A DNA stretch of 64,000 bases from Flectonema sp. DT1601 (lineage: Eukaryota), in NCBI GenBank assembly GCA_964019425.1, contig OZ025795.1, forward strand, positions 558,001 to 622,000. Reading direction: 5' to 3'. The notes under the pieces were generated by a model. The model was not told the DNA's origin and did no database searches. It was given only the letters and a program-made list of their open reading frames with translations. This document shows positions 42,490 to 53,283 of this stretch, one piece after another. The stretch's first letter is position 1, and each line of letters opens with the position of its first letter. The translations under genes and the position numbers were made by a program.

Positions 42490-43493
42490 ATGGGTGATGA
42501 TCTGACTGAGGATGACGAAACAGAGTTATCCTTTAACGAAGGAGACGTCAATAGCAACGTCAACAATGATGACTCAGAAACCATTACTGTAATAGTTGAT
42601 GGTGATATCTCTCACAGAAGCAACAGCAAACCAAAAACTAATACCTGTCCCAACGCTCCAGACAACGACACCGATTCGCAAGATAGCCGGGCAGGAGACG
42701 TATGCGATGACTGTTTTTATCCTGTTTTTTTTTTTTTTTTTTTAATTTTATACTTTAAAATAAACAATTACACAAACAGGAATGTTCCCTCTGCCTTGAA
42801 GTTAAAATAAATCGTGGGAATGCGGTTTGTACTCTTGATCCTTGCAAACATGAGTTTCACACATCGTGTATGTATACATATTTTGAGAAGTGTTTTAGTA
42901 AAGGCTGTCCACTGTGTCGAAGGAACATCGTATCTCTAGTGAAAGGAGGAGGAGAGCGTGTGGCAGCAACTGAGTTGAGAGCGATGTACAGGCAACGGTG
43001 TTATGATATCAGTTTTTATGCGAATGGAAGAAATTCAAATGCATTCTCGTATCTTGGAGAGACAATTGATGTCGATGCTGATGTTGTTGTTGACGAGGCT
43101 GGTAATGCGAAGTTCACATGTCAAGTTCCAACAGTAAAGATTCAGTTACTGAATAGTGATCACTTACCACAGACAGCTCACACGGATATTATAATCGTCA
43201 CAATCGCTACTAACGGTGAAGGTATATTTCCAGATGCCTCCATGATGGTTGATGGAGTTGCTGTCTTCGATAACATCCGTCTTGACGCCTCATTCCCTGG
43301 CCTAGTCACGTTAAAGTTCATGGTGACAGCACCAGGACTTAACGTGCATAGAAAATCACTCTTTGCTGGGGTTAACATTGTTCAAAGACCATTTTGGAGG
43401 TTTACCGTTTTTGAGATAAGTTGTTTTATTGGATTACTTATTGTGGTAGTTCTAACTACCCTCAGCATCATCTCTTTCACTACCGGAATGTGA
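42490..43493 (+). CDS. RING-H2 E3 ligase-like protein with C-terminal transmembrane anchor; two exons, 42490-42699 and 42780-43493
   Basis: Splicing restores ECSLCLE...CKHEFHTSC...CPLCRR (C3H2C3). The C-terminal helix ISCFIGLLIVVVLTTLSIISF is hydrophobic. Confidence 0.85.
42700..42779 (+). other. Predicted cis-spliced intron (80 nt, phase 0)
   Basis: GTATGC donor, internal poly-T and A/C-rich ACACAAACAG acceptor; joins the acidic exon 1 in frame to the RING domain. Confidence 0.85.
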
Positions 43494-43887
43494 TTAGTGT
43501 TCTCTCTGTCTGTCGGTCGTCTCTATGAATTTTCTTTTTTTTCATTGTATTTACACTCAACTCGTTATTCATTATTTATCTGTTCTTTCGGAATCTGATA
43601 GCAACAAATATTAAAAAAATAATAATTTTATTTACACATGGTGACTACTAGGCTTTTCTTTTTATTTGTTTCTAAAATTAGAGTTTTTTCCTAAATTTAT
43701 TGTGCACCTCCTAAGCAATAATCCGTCAGGTTTTCGTCGTCTCTTGACTCTGATAAATAATTATTATTGTTTCTTTATTTCTTTTTAAATTTTTTAATCA
43801 TGTTCCAATCGCCAACCTGTTTCTACTGACTTGTCGCGGACTTTATTTTAAAAGATATTCACAGATTTAATAACTCGTGAGTAAGTT

Positions 43888-43919
<32 letters not shown>

Positions 43920-44162
43920 CAGAATGGGATCTGGGGCAGTGTACATTTGCCACAGTAAGATAACAAATCTAACACGTGTGACCATAAGCCACACTGAAAA
44001 GGACTTTTTGTGCCAACTAACCCCTGGGGGTGTAGCACATCCTGACACCTAATTAAGTTTAACTGTCTTTTTGATGTTATTTTTCTCATTTTTTAAGTCA
44101 GGACTGGGTTGGGGGCGGGGGAAAGAACTTTAAAAAAAGACAAAAAAAAAAAAAAAAAAAAC

Positions 44163-45206
44163 ATGACTACGATTCACATCTCAAGTGATATTTACGGAAC
44201 AACGCGCAAAATGGATGTTTTTATTCCAACAACGGGACACCCTTCTCTCAGTCAAGTCTATCCGTTGGTGGAAACCGCCTTAAACATTGAAGCATTGAAT
44301 TGCCGACCACAAGGAGTGGAACCACAGCCAGTTAAGGTACAGCGTTTTGAGATATACAGCAGAGGGAGTAAATCATGGACACCACTCGTTGATTCTCGAC
44401 AGTTAACCGAAGGCTGTTCGTTGTATGCTTTTCAACAAGCTGGTGAAAAGAAATTTAAATCTCCCGGAACTAAATCTGGTTATGAATATCGTACTGAAGT
44501 TGATTCACCAACCAGTCCATCAAGGGATCAATTTACTAGTATTAGCATTACAAATAATCATGTTTATGGTTCCCGCAGACATGACTCAGATTCTGACGAT
44601 GAAAATCGAAAACGTCACAGAAAAAAGGAATTATCATATGAACCAACTACGTATGTTAAAAAGGAAAGGAAGGATGATAAATTTTGGTTGAAATACATGG
44701 ATGGCATACCTGGTTATGGAAACACTCCAGTGACAGCATCCCGTTCAGGAAGTGTGAGGAGGCATTCTGATGACTTTGATAGTTTTTACAGAACTGAAAG
44801 AAGATACGTATCATCACCGAGAGACCTCTCCGTCTCAGAAAGGAGACGTCTTTATGATGGAACAGCGTACAATCCGAGTCGACAGTTTGATTCTAATAAT
44901 TCAATTCATGATTACGACAACTACCGGGATAGTGATCGTGATTTTCAACCAACCGGATCTGTTAGAACTTATGATGGTCGTCTTTACGATCCAACAGGTG
45001 AAAGAAGTCTTAACACAATGAATTCTAACCGCATGAGTACTACCCACTCAGTCAGACGTACTTATGATGGACGACCTTACTCTCCGAATTCGCAACGGAG
45101 ATCATTCAAATCACCTGCAGTAGGTAATAGTTACCAATCAACTACTCCTTATGCGATGCCTCCTCCAGTTTCTATGGTTCAATCACCCGCAAGTGGTAGA
45201 TATTAG
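44163..45206 (+). CDS. BILBO1 N-terminal-domain-like protein with disordered Ser/Arg/Tyr-rich tail
   Basis: IHISSDIYG..PSLSQV...ETALNIE...RPQGV...IY...WTPLVDSRQLTEGCSLYAFQ parallels the trypanosome BILBO1 NTD pattern (V..D.F....PS...L....E.AF..E...RP....Y......W..L....QL...CQLY.FQ). No EF-hands or long coiled coil are seen, so it is not BILBO1 itself. Confidence 0.75.
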   Translation: MTTIHISSDIYGTTRKMDVFIPTTGHPSLSQVYPLVETALNIEALNCRPQGVEPQPVKVQRFEIYSRGSKSWTPLVDSRQLTEGCSLYAFQQAGEKKFKSPGTKSGYEYRTEVDSPTSPSRDQFTSISITNNHVYGSRRHDSDSDDENRKRHRKKELSYEPTTYVKKERKDDKFWLKYMDGIPGYGNTPVTASRSGSVRRHSDDFDSFYRTERRYVSSPRDLSVSERRRLYDGTAYNPSRQFDSNNSIHDYDNYRDSDRDFQPTGSVRTYDGRLYDPTGERSLNTMNSNRMSTTHSVRRTYDGRPYSPNSQRRSFKSPAVGNSYQSTTPYAMPPPVSMVQSPASGRY

Positions 45207-45810
45207 TAGAGTCTTTTTTTTATTTTAATTATTCGTTTGTTTTGTTTGTTTGTTTTTTATCTCCCTCTTATATTCTTGTTCTTGTTAAAGCATTTGATTG
45301 CTTTCCATTTATAACGTTAGACTGTCTGAAGTAACAAGATGGATTGGGTCTACTTGCATTGCGATTGCATTCGTAGCTCTATTGGAGTTAGCACGATATG
45401 CTCCATAGTTTGCTTTTATCAGAATGTACTGTGCGCATATTATAATGGAATTCCTTATCTGTTCTAGGCAGTGTTTTGTTCTCGGATTTGATGATTTGAT
45501 TTGATTTGTTAGTTTTTTTTTTTTTTTTATAAAAAAATTCCTCTGATTGTTGCCTTTGATACCTGGTGACCTATGGAGGAGTCATGTGTATCTTTTTGAA
45601 GCCAAAATTTGTAATTACTAGAGCTTGTTGCCTGAGGGAATCTTTTGTTTCCTTTTTTTTTTTTTTCAGTTTTTTGTTCTTTTGACATAATTAATCACAT
45701 GAAGTTTGTTTTTAAACTTTTTTATTATCTCATCTCAGGTTTTGTCTTTTTTTTTTTGCTATTTTTTTATGGGTAGCTTCTAAATAATATATAAAAAAAA
45801 AAAAAAAATA

Positions 45811-48800
45811 ATGGATTCGGAATGTGTCTTACGAATCTCACAAGATAGGAATAAACTACTCCGATGGATACTTAGCAAACACCCTCCTGGAATCATGAAT
45901 AACGGGGTGATTATTCAATGCGATGAAATAGAAGAAAGTACCTTAAGAGATATAAACGTTGAACAATTATTATTAGAATGTGAACTTTCTGAGGGAATCG
46001 AACTGAATAAATTAATATCAACTGTGAGTGAGTCAGTCGAGGAGGTTGTTCCTCAGGAAAAAGAAGTAGAAATTGAAAATGAAATTACTGAAAGTAGAGA
46101 TTTTACGTATCCGACGCTCATACGGAGATATGTGCCTGCTGATCCTCGTCCAGTAGTGAAAGAATATCAGCTGCTAAGAGACTCACTGCTGTCGTCTTTG
46201 TCAGTCGATCGGTCTCAATTCGTATTATTGTGTGCTTATGAAGAACTATTAATATCATCGGACTTCTCGTGTGAAGATCTGCTCGATATTGAAATGGCAT
46301 TAGAACTCCCGACTGTGATAAAGAAAAGTGTTCTTAAAATATTCTTAGCAAGCAACATCGAAAAGTCTGGAAATAATATCGTCTGGAGAGCTGAATGCCT
46401 CCTTAATAGTTTCCGTACTGGACTTGAGGCATTTAATGGTTCTGAAACAGCTTTGAAAGAATGGCAACTCCGCAGTATTTTTTTTATATTAGAAGGACTG
46501 TCTGAGTGTGGAAGACAAGAATCTCTCGCAATCGCGGATACCTTAACAGAAATGTGTCGAAATGGATTCGACGACATTACACAAGATGACTTCAGTCCAG
46601 TTTACAATAGCATAAAGAGTCTCTGTAGTGGTGATGATGATAAGGTAATCGGATGTAGTAAGGGTGCTGGTATTGAGTTGTATTGTTCATTATTGTTGTT
46701 ATCTATTGCTGTGGGAGATGATGATGATCCGCTGAATTCGGATGATTTATTCAATACTCTTAAACCGTTTAGATCATCGTGGGGGTTTTCTGAAGCTGAT
46801 CACGACTTACTTAAGAATTGTCTTTATATTGAGCTCTTGACATGTCAAGGAGGTAAAGACTTAGAAACTGCTCAAGCAATCTCGTCCTTCTTCAACTCTC
46901 TATCAGCGTCTGGGGTGTCGCCGGAAGTTTGGAATTATATTGCGGTTCCTCTGGTGGGTCGTCTTTATTCCCTTTTCTTGGTTCCTCACGCTGGTTTGAA
47001 ACCGTCGACTGTTGAAGAAATAATATCCATCTGTGAAACAGTTCAGCAAATATCAAATGAGTTGTTTCCAAATGATGACGAGTCAACAAAAAATGAAATA
47101 ATAAAAATATTAAATAATATTGATCAAAGTTATCAGTGTACTGATGAAAACAATATTATAAAAACACTTTTAGTAAACGCGGCAACGCTATCAGCCACTA
47201 ATAGCTTTAAAAGGATAGTTGAGAATTCGTTTTCGGAAGCTGAAAATTCAAATGATGAAGAAATCTGTGTACTTGATGATGGTCTGGAGGTAAGCTGTCA
47301 AAAGATTATTTCTCCTCAGAAAACTCAATTTAATATTTTATTTGGAATTGATCGATGTCTTTGTAGACACGCAGGCTTTACCAATGCTGTTAAACAAAAG
47401 TATTCGCATCTCAGTAATTTAATTCTTTCAACGTACCTGAGACTTTGGATCAATTCTATTGAAGAAAACGACATTGAACTTTCCCTGTCAACACCTGACG
47501 TTATGTCAATACAATTATTGCTTGAGAAAATGATTCCAGAAAAAGATGATTTAATCATAACTCAATTGAGGAGATTGGGATTACGAATCGCTCCATCAGC
47601 ATCAGCATGGCTTCAAGATATTCAAGACAGCATGATTTCTTTTATAAACAGTTCTCTTCGAAGTATAACCTGGACCATACCTGATGGTGATGAGTTGATT
47701 GCCCCACAAATTTTAGATATGTTTGCTTGTCTAAATGAAAATGTTTCCAACATAACTCCGTTATTCTTCTGCGGGTCATCATCATTTGGTAAGGGAATAG
47801 CTCAAAGCGTATCGGGTAGTATTATAACGATGGCTACTTATATCGCAAATGACTTTCCAGTTCTGTACTCTGACTCAACTCAAATATTTATGTCAAAGTC
47901 AGAGCCATTCAGTTCATATCAACACTCAAAGACTACAACGATTGTAGCAGCGCTTAACTCTCTTTCGTTGATTGAAGATGAGCTTCCGAAGACTATACGA
48001 TTGCTGGAATCGAACTGGACGTCGTTTTGTACTCGAATTGACGAGCCTCTACTCGAAATTGGAAACAGCAAAGCCATTGAAATAGTAAAAGGAAAAGTTG
48101 AAGATGTTATGCGCCACTTAGCCTCTAAAATAACATACTTCGATTACAGCGATTTGTGGTGTAGTAAAATTTATACCATAGATATAAAACACTACAAGAA
48201 ATACAAACATGATAAGAAGTATCTCACTAAGAACGGACCTCACAGCATGCTCAAACCAGGAAATGATGAGAGCATCGAAAGGGTTCTTAATAGCTTAAAT
48301 AATTCATTGGAATGTTTTCTTCCGTACTTACGTAATCCAAGACTTCGTCTTCAGGTAGTTGAATACTCGTTGGAGATAATGGCCTTGGTAATCAATTGGT
48401 TATTGTTTGGTGAATCTTCGTCTGATAAAATTCCCCGTTTTCACCACGAAGATCAAACTCCTAGTTTCCTCAGTGACATCGACCAAATAGAAGAATTCTA
48501 CAGGGAGGGTGTCTCAGACGGAATGCTCAGAAAGTATCTCGGCAGACTACGTCTCGTTATACAATTCTCAATGGGTCGACCTACTTCTGAATTACTTGGT
48601 GACTCTTACAACAGCCTTCCACAGGTATGTTTGTGAAGATTAAAAAATGATTTTTTTTTTTTTTTTTTTTTTTTTGCATAATTTACACTTCTACTATACA
48701 CCTTTTCTCGTTGGTTAATTTTGCGTTTTCCTCCAGGCAATTATTAACCCAAAGATCTTTTTTGAACCTTTTTTACCAATTTATGTAATACTATACAGCA

Positions 48801-49186
48801 ATACAAAATAAAGGCATACCGTGTTCAGTCTAAAGCTAAACCATAACAATCCTAATTAGATGGGTCTAACTAATTACGTTGCTGTTGCCTCGTAGCTCTT
48901 GGAAAACCATTTATACTCTTCTATGAATTAAATACGAAACCTAAATAATGAGCCGTCCAGAGCCATCCTCTTCTTTCAACTGGCCTTTTTAAATTTTTTT
49001 CTTTGAGAAATCTAATTTTCTAAACAAAATATATTTTAAATTACAATGTGGACCTCAACACACAACACACACACATAGGTTGATGACTGTAAGCCCCATT
49101 CAAAGCAAATAGTAAATAATATTATAAAACACAGAAAAGACAAACAAGCTAAAAAGTTTTCTATTAAATTACTAAAAGAGAAGTGA
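45811..49186 (+). CDS. MUN/Munc13-homology (plant PATROL1/DUF810-like) helical protein; two exons, 45811-48624 and 49079-49186
   Basis: Long all-helical ORF with RNKLLRWIL, LLCAYE, WLQDIQ..W..ILDMFACL, VAALNSL and INWLLFG. The predicted last exon, VDDCKPHSKQIVNNIIKHRKDKQAKKFSIK, resembles the 'VLxHRxDxxAxKF' C-terminal motif of this family. Confidence 0.65.
48625..49078 (+). other. Predicted cis-spliced intron (454 nt, phase 0)
   Basis: CAG|GTATGT donor and CA-rich ACACAACACACACACATAG acceptor; the downstream frame gives a family-like C-terminus. Confidence 0.75.
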
Positions 49187-49383
49187 TGATAAATAAAAAC
49201 AACTTTGTTTACCTACTTATAAAAAGATCTTGATCTCTACCTCTTTAGTACACTAATTAGATAATTCTTATTATTAGATCAGGTTTTAATAGTATTTTAT
49301 TTAATTTCCTTTCCATAGACGAAGCCGTCGGAAACACAAACGAGAGTTCTTTTTTTTTTTTTTTCCGTTCGATTCTATTCGGA

Positions 49384-49429
49384 TTTTCTTTTTATTATTT
49401 AATTTTTTTTCGTTTTTTTTCTGACCAGG
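49384..49429 (+). promoter_or_regulatory. Putative spliced-leader trans-splice acceptor (T-rich tract + CCAG|G), repeated in every array unit
   Basis: TTTTTTTTCGTTTTTTTTCTGACCAG|G; the same T-tract-CAG|G pattern precedes most single-copy genes (e.g. 1967, 9520, 11494, 25445). Confidence 0.55.
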
Positions 49430-49781
49430 TGCGATGAATAACCATGTTGTTGTTTTTGGGAGTGGATCTTTGCGGTTCTTTGCGGGGAATCTGTTTAGTA
49501 CAAATGGAGTTCCGATGTTTTTTTATGGTTTCTGACAAGTTGACTCTCTCTCTCTTTCTCTTGTTGTTTTCCCTTCCCTTTTCATGCATGCTACGACAAC
49601 ATACGCAAGAGGTGCTCAACTATGTTCAGATTCCAGCGGTATTTTTATTTTGCAATCGGTACCACGTTGCCGCTGACAGTGTGGGACGGTTCTTTAAGTT
49701 TTTCTTTCGGTGTGTAGACCTCAAAAAGAAGTATCAATTCCCCCTTCAGTTAACTCCTAACAAACTACATAAATAGTAAAA

Positions 49782-50624
49782 ATGGCAACTCTTAAGATCA
49801 CAGCATCGCTTATCACTGGGTCTTTGATTGAAGTGGTTCCCACGTTCGAGAACAAGGTTCCAGGTAGTATTTACAGTTTCGATATTAGGTGCGTTGCGTA
49901 CCCTGGAACTGTTGCAGGAGGTGATTTTGACTTCAACCCGACTACGGTCTTGGAGGGACAGACTGCTTTGTTGACGGAAGATTATGATAAATTTCCATTT
50001 GTTGCTGGGGATTACGTTGTGACTTGCGAGTCCAATATTATAGAGATTGGATCTGGTGGTGCTAGTGGTCTTCATCCTATTGTTGGTGAACTTGGTGTTG
50101 TAGTTCCTGGTGCCCCTACTTGCGATTCTGGAGTGTCGAGCTCAGCGGCGGCCGTTACCATCACTCCTGTGGATATCGTTGACGGGGTGTTGGATGTTAC
50201 TCACACGCGTTACACGCAGTTCCCTGACGTGATCTCGATGATGAAGGGATTCCCGTTCCCAAGAACAGTGGTCTCAGGAACCCAGGTACACCTGAAGTGC
50301 TGTGCCGGGGAAGAGTGTGCTTTCGCATTCGCCCTTTACAGATGTGAGGCATGCACCGGACCAAAGCCATTCGGAATGACCAAGAAGTTGTTGTTGGACA
50401 ACTGGGACAGTGCCTCTTGCTCACCAAAATTCGATGCGGACTTCAGCACCACCCTCTTCTACAAGAACGTGCAGGGACCATATGAGAAGACCTTCGACCT
50501 CCAGCACGATGAGTTGTTTGTTGTTCTCATGAAGGACGGATCCCTTCCTGCTCCACTTTGTAGCAAGCCACATGGACCGTTCCCAACGGGAACTAACTGC
50601 GGTGACCGATGCCCGACCCTCTAA
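49782..50624 (+). CDS. Uncharacterised 280-aa protein with Cys-rich C-terminal half (array copy 1)
   Basis: Longest ORF in the unit; AAAAATGG start context; visibly more GC-rich than the spacer. Confidence 0.85.
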   Translation: MATLKITASLITGSLIEVVPTFENKVPGSIYSFDIRCVAYPGTVAGGDFDFNPTTVLEGQTALLTEDYDKFPFVAGDYVVTCESNIIEIGSGGASGLHPIVGELGVVVPGAPTCDSGVSSSAAAVTITPVDIVDGVLDVTHTRYTQFPDVISMMKGFPFPRTVVSGTQVHLKCCAGEECAFAFALYRCEACTGPKPFGMTKKLLLDNWDSASCSPKFDADFSTTLFYKNVQGPYEKTFDLQHDELFVVLMKDGSLPAPLCSKPHGPFPTGTNCGDRCPTL

Positions 50625-51532
50625 TTGCTGTTATCAAGTAGCCAGAAAGAATAAATTTAGGGGAAGTAAAGGTGTCAATCAAGGTTGCGCTACTTCGTAG
50701 AAAAGTGTTCTGATAATCATCAGCACCCCCCGCCTGAAATTTAAGTGCGACTTCTGTATCTGTTTACTCAGATACTTTATTTTGAAAGAATGCGTAAGGC
50801 TAAGTAGAAAACAAGTGATCTATTTTTTTTTAGGACAACGGGTTTCCGATAGCGGAAGCCAAGCAATCCTGTGGGAGTTAGAAAGATTTGTATCTATGAT
50901 GGGAAGAAACTTTTAGCAACTGTTTTAATTCTTATCGAGTCAGCCATCATTGATTCCTTCCTCTCTTCTTGTTTTGTGTTTTTGATTTCTCCGAGGAAAA
51001 CTTTCCTTCACGAAAACCAGCTATTGATTTCCCTCAGCTGGGTCTCTATTTTTTGTTCCTTGGAAGAAGCTGTCGGAAGCACAAACGAGAGTTCTTTTTT
51101 TCATTCCGTTCGGTTTGGAGTGATTCTATTCAGATTTTCTTTTTATTATTTAATTTTTTTTCGTTTTTTTTCTGACCAGGTGCGATGAATAACCATGTTG
51201 TTGTTTTTGGGAGTGGATCTTTGCGGTTCTTTGCGGGGAATCTGTTTAGTACAAATGGAGTTCCGATGTTTTTTTATGGTTTCTGACAAGTTGACTCTCT
51301 CTCTCTTTCTCTTGTTGTTTTCCCTTCCCTTTTCATGCATGCTACGACAACATACGCAAGAGGTGCTCAACTATGTTCAGATTCCAGCGGTATTTTTATT
51401 TTGCAATCGGTACCACGTTGCCGCTGACAGTGTGGGACGGTTCTTTAAGTTTTTCTTTCGGTGTGTAGACCTCAAAAAGAAGTATCAATTCCCCCTTCAG
51501 TTAACTCCTAACAAACTACATAAATAGTAAAA

Positions 51533-52375
51533 ATGGCAACTCTTAAGATCACAGCATCGCTTATCACTGGGTCTTTGATTGAAGTGGTTCCCACGTTCGA
51601 GAACAAGGTTCCAGGTAGTATTTACAGTTTCGATATTAGGTGCGTTGCGTACCCTGGAACTGTTGCAGGAGGTGATTTTGACTTCAACCCGACTACGGTC
51701 TTGGAGGGACAGACTGCTTTGTTGACGGAAGATTATGATAAATTTCCATTTGTTGCTGGGGATTACGTTGTGACTTGCGAGTCCAATATTATAGAGATTG
51801 GATCTGGTGGTGCTAGTGGTCTTCATCCTATTGTTGGTGAACTTGGTGTTGTAGTTCCTGGTGCCCCTACTTGCGATTCTGGAGTGTCGAGCTCAGCGGC
51901 GGCCGTTACCATCACTCCTGTGGATATCGTTGACGGGGTGTTGGATGTTACTCACACGCGTTACACGCAGTTCCCTGACGTGATCTCGATGATGAAGGGA
52001 TTCCCGTTCCCAAGAACAGTGGTCTCAGGAACCCAGGTACACCTGAAGTGCTGTGCCGGGGAAGAGTGTGCTTTCGCATTCGCCCTTTACAGATGTGAGG
52101 CATGCACCGGACCAAAGCCATTCGGAATGACCAAGAAGTTGTTGTTGGACAACTGGGACAGTGCCTCTTGCTCACCAAAATTCGATGCGGACTTCAGCAC
52201 CACCCTCTTCTACAAGAACGTGCAGGGACCATATGAGAAGACCTTCGACCTCCAGCACGATGAGTTGTTTGTTGTTCTCATGAAGGACGGATCCCTTCCT
52301 GCTCCACTTTGTAGCAAGCCACATGGACCGTTCCCAACGGGAACTAACTGCGGTGACCGATGCCCGACCCTCTAA
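51533..52375 (+). CDS. 280-aa array protein, copy 2
   Basis: Translation identical to copy 1. Confidence 0.85.
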   Translation: MATLKITASLITGSLIEVVPTFENKVPGSIYSFDIRCVAYPGTVAGGDFDFNPTTVLEGQTALLTEDYDKFPFVAGDYVVTCESNIIEIGSGGASGLHPIVGELGVVVPGAPTCDSGVSSSAAAVTITPVDIVDGVLDVTHTRYTQFPDVISMMKGFPFPRTVVSGTQVHLKCCAGEECAFAFALYRCEACTGPKPFGMTKKLLLDNWDSASCSPKFDADFSTTLFYKNVQGPYEKTFDLQHDELFVVLMKDGSLPAPLCSKPHGPFPTGTNCGDRCPTL

Positions 52376-53283
52376 TTGCTGTTATCAAGTAGCCAGAAAG
52401 AATAAATTTAGGGGAAGTAAAGGTGTCAATCAAGGTTGCGCTACTTCGTAGAAAAGTGTTCTGATAATCATCAGCACCCCCCGCCTGAAATTTAAGTGCG
52501 ACTTCTGTATCTGTTTACTCAGATACTTTATTTTGAAAGAATGCGTAAGGCTAAGTAGAAAACAAGTGATCTATTTTTTTTTAGGACAACGGGTTTCCGA
52601 TAGCGGAAGCCAAGCAATCCTGTGGGAGTTAGAAAGATTTGTATCTATGATGGGAAGAAACTTTTAGCAACTGTTTTAATTCTTATCGAGTCAGCCATCA
52701 TTGATTCCTTCCTCTCTTCTTGTTTTGTGTTTTTGATTTCTCCGAGGAAAACTTTCCTTCACGAAAACCAGCTATTGATTTCCCTCAGCTGGGTCTCTAT
52801 TTTTTGTTCCTTGGAAGAAGCTGTCGGAAGCACAAACGAGAGTTCTTTTTTTCATTCCGTTCGGTTTGGAGTGATTCTATTCAGATTTTCTTTTTATTAT
52901 TTAATTTTTTTTCGTTTTTTTTCTGACCAGGTGCGATGAATAACCATGTTGTTGTTTTTGGGAGTGGATCTTTGCGGTTCTTTGCGGGGAATCTGTTTAG
53001 TACAAATGGAGTTCCGATGTTTTTTTATGGTTTCTGACAAGTTGACTCTCTCTCTCTTTCTCTTGTTGTTTTCCCTTCCCTTTTCATGCATGCTACGACA
53101 ACATACGCAAGAGGTGCTCAACTATGTTCAGATTCCAGCGGTATTTTTATTTTGCAATCGGTACCACGTTGCCGCTGACAGTGTGGGACGGTTCTTTAAG
53201 TTTTTCTTTCGGTGTGTAGACCTCAAAAAGAAGTATCAATTCCCCCTTCAGTTAACTCCTAACAAACTACATAAATAGTAAAA

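Noticed and set aside
48625..48636. MUN gene truncated by the array or pseudogenised
   Set aside because: A plausible intron and terminal exon (49079-49186) complete the protein before the array begins.
49444..49776. 110-aa ORF, and the 105/68/74/109/76-aa ORFs repeated in each array unit
   Set aside because: Low-complexity T-rich spacer or antisense shadows; their recurrence simply reflects the tandem duplication.
50710..50723. Minus-strand CTGATGA in the array spacer
   Set aside because: No stem II or GAAA partner; only a short CTGAT..ATCAG inverted repeat.
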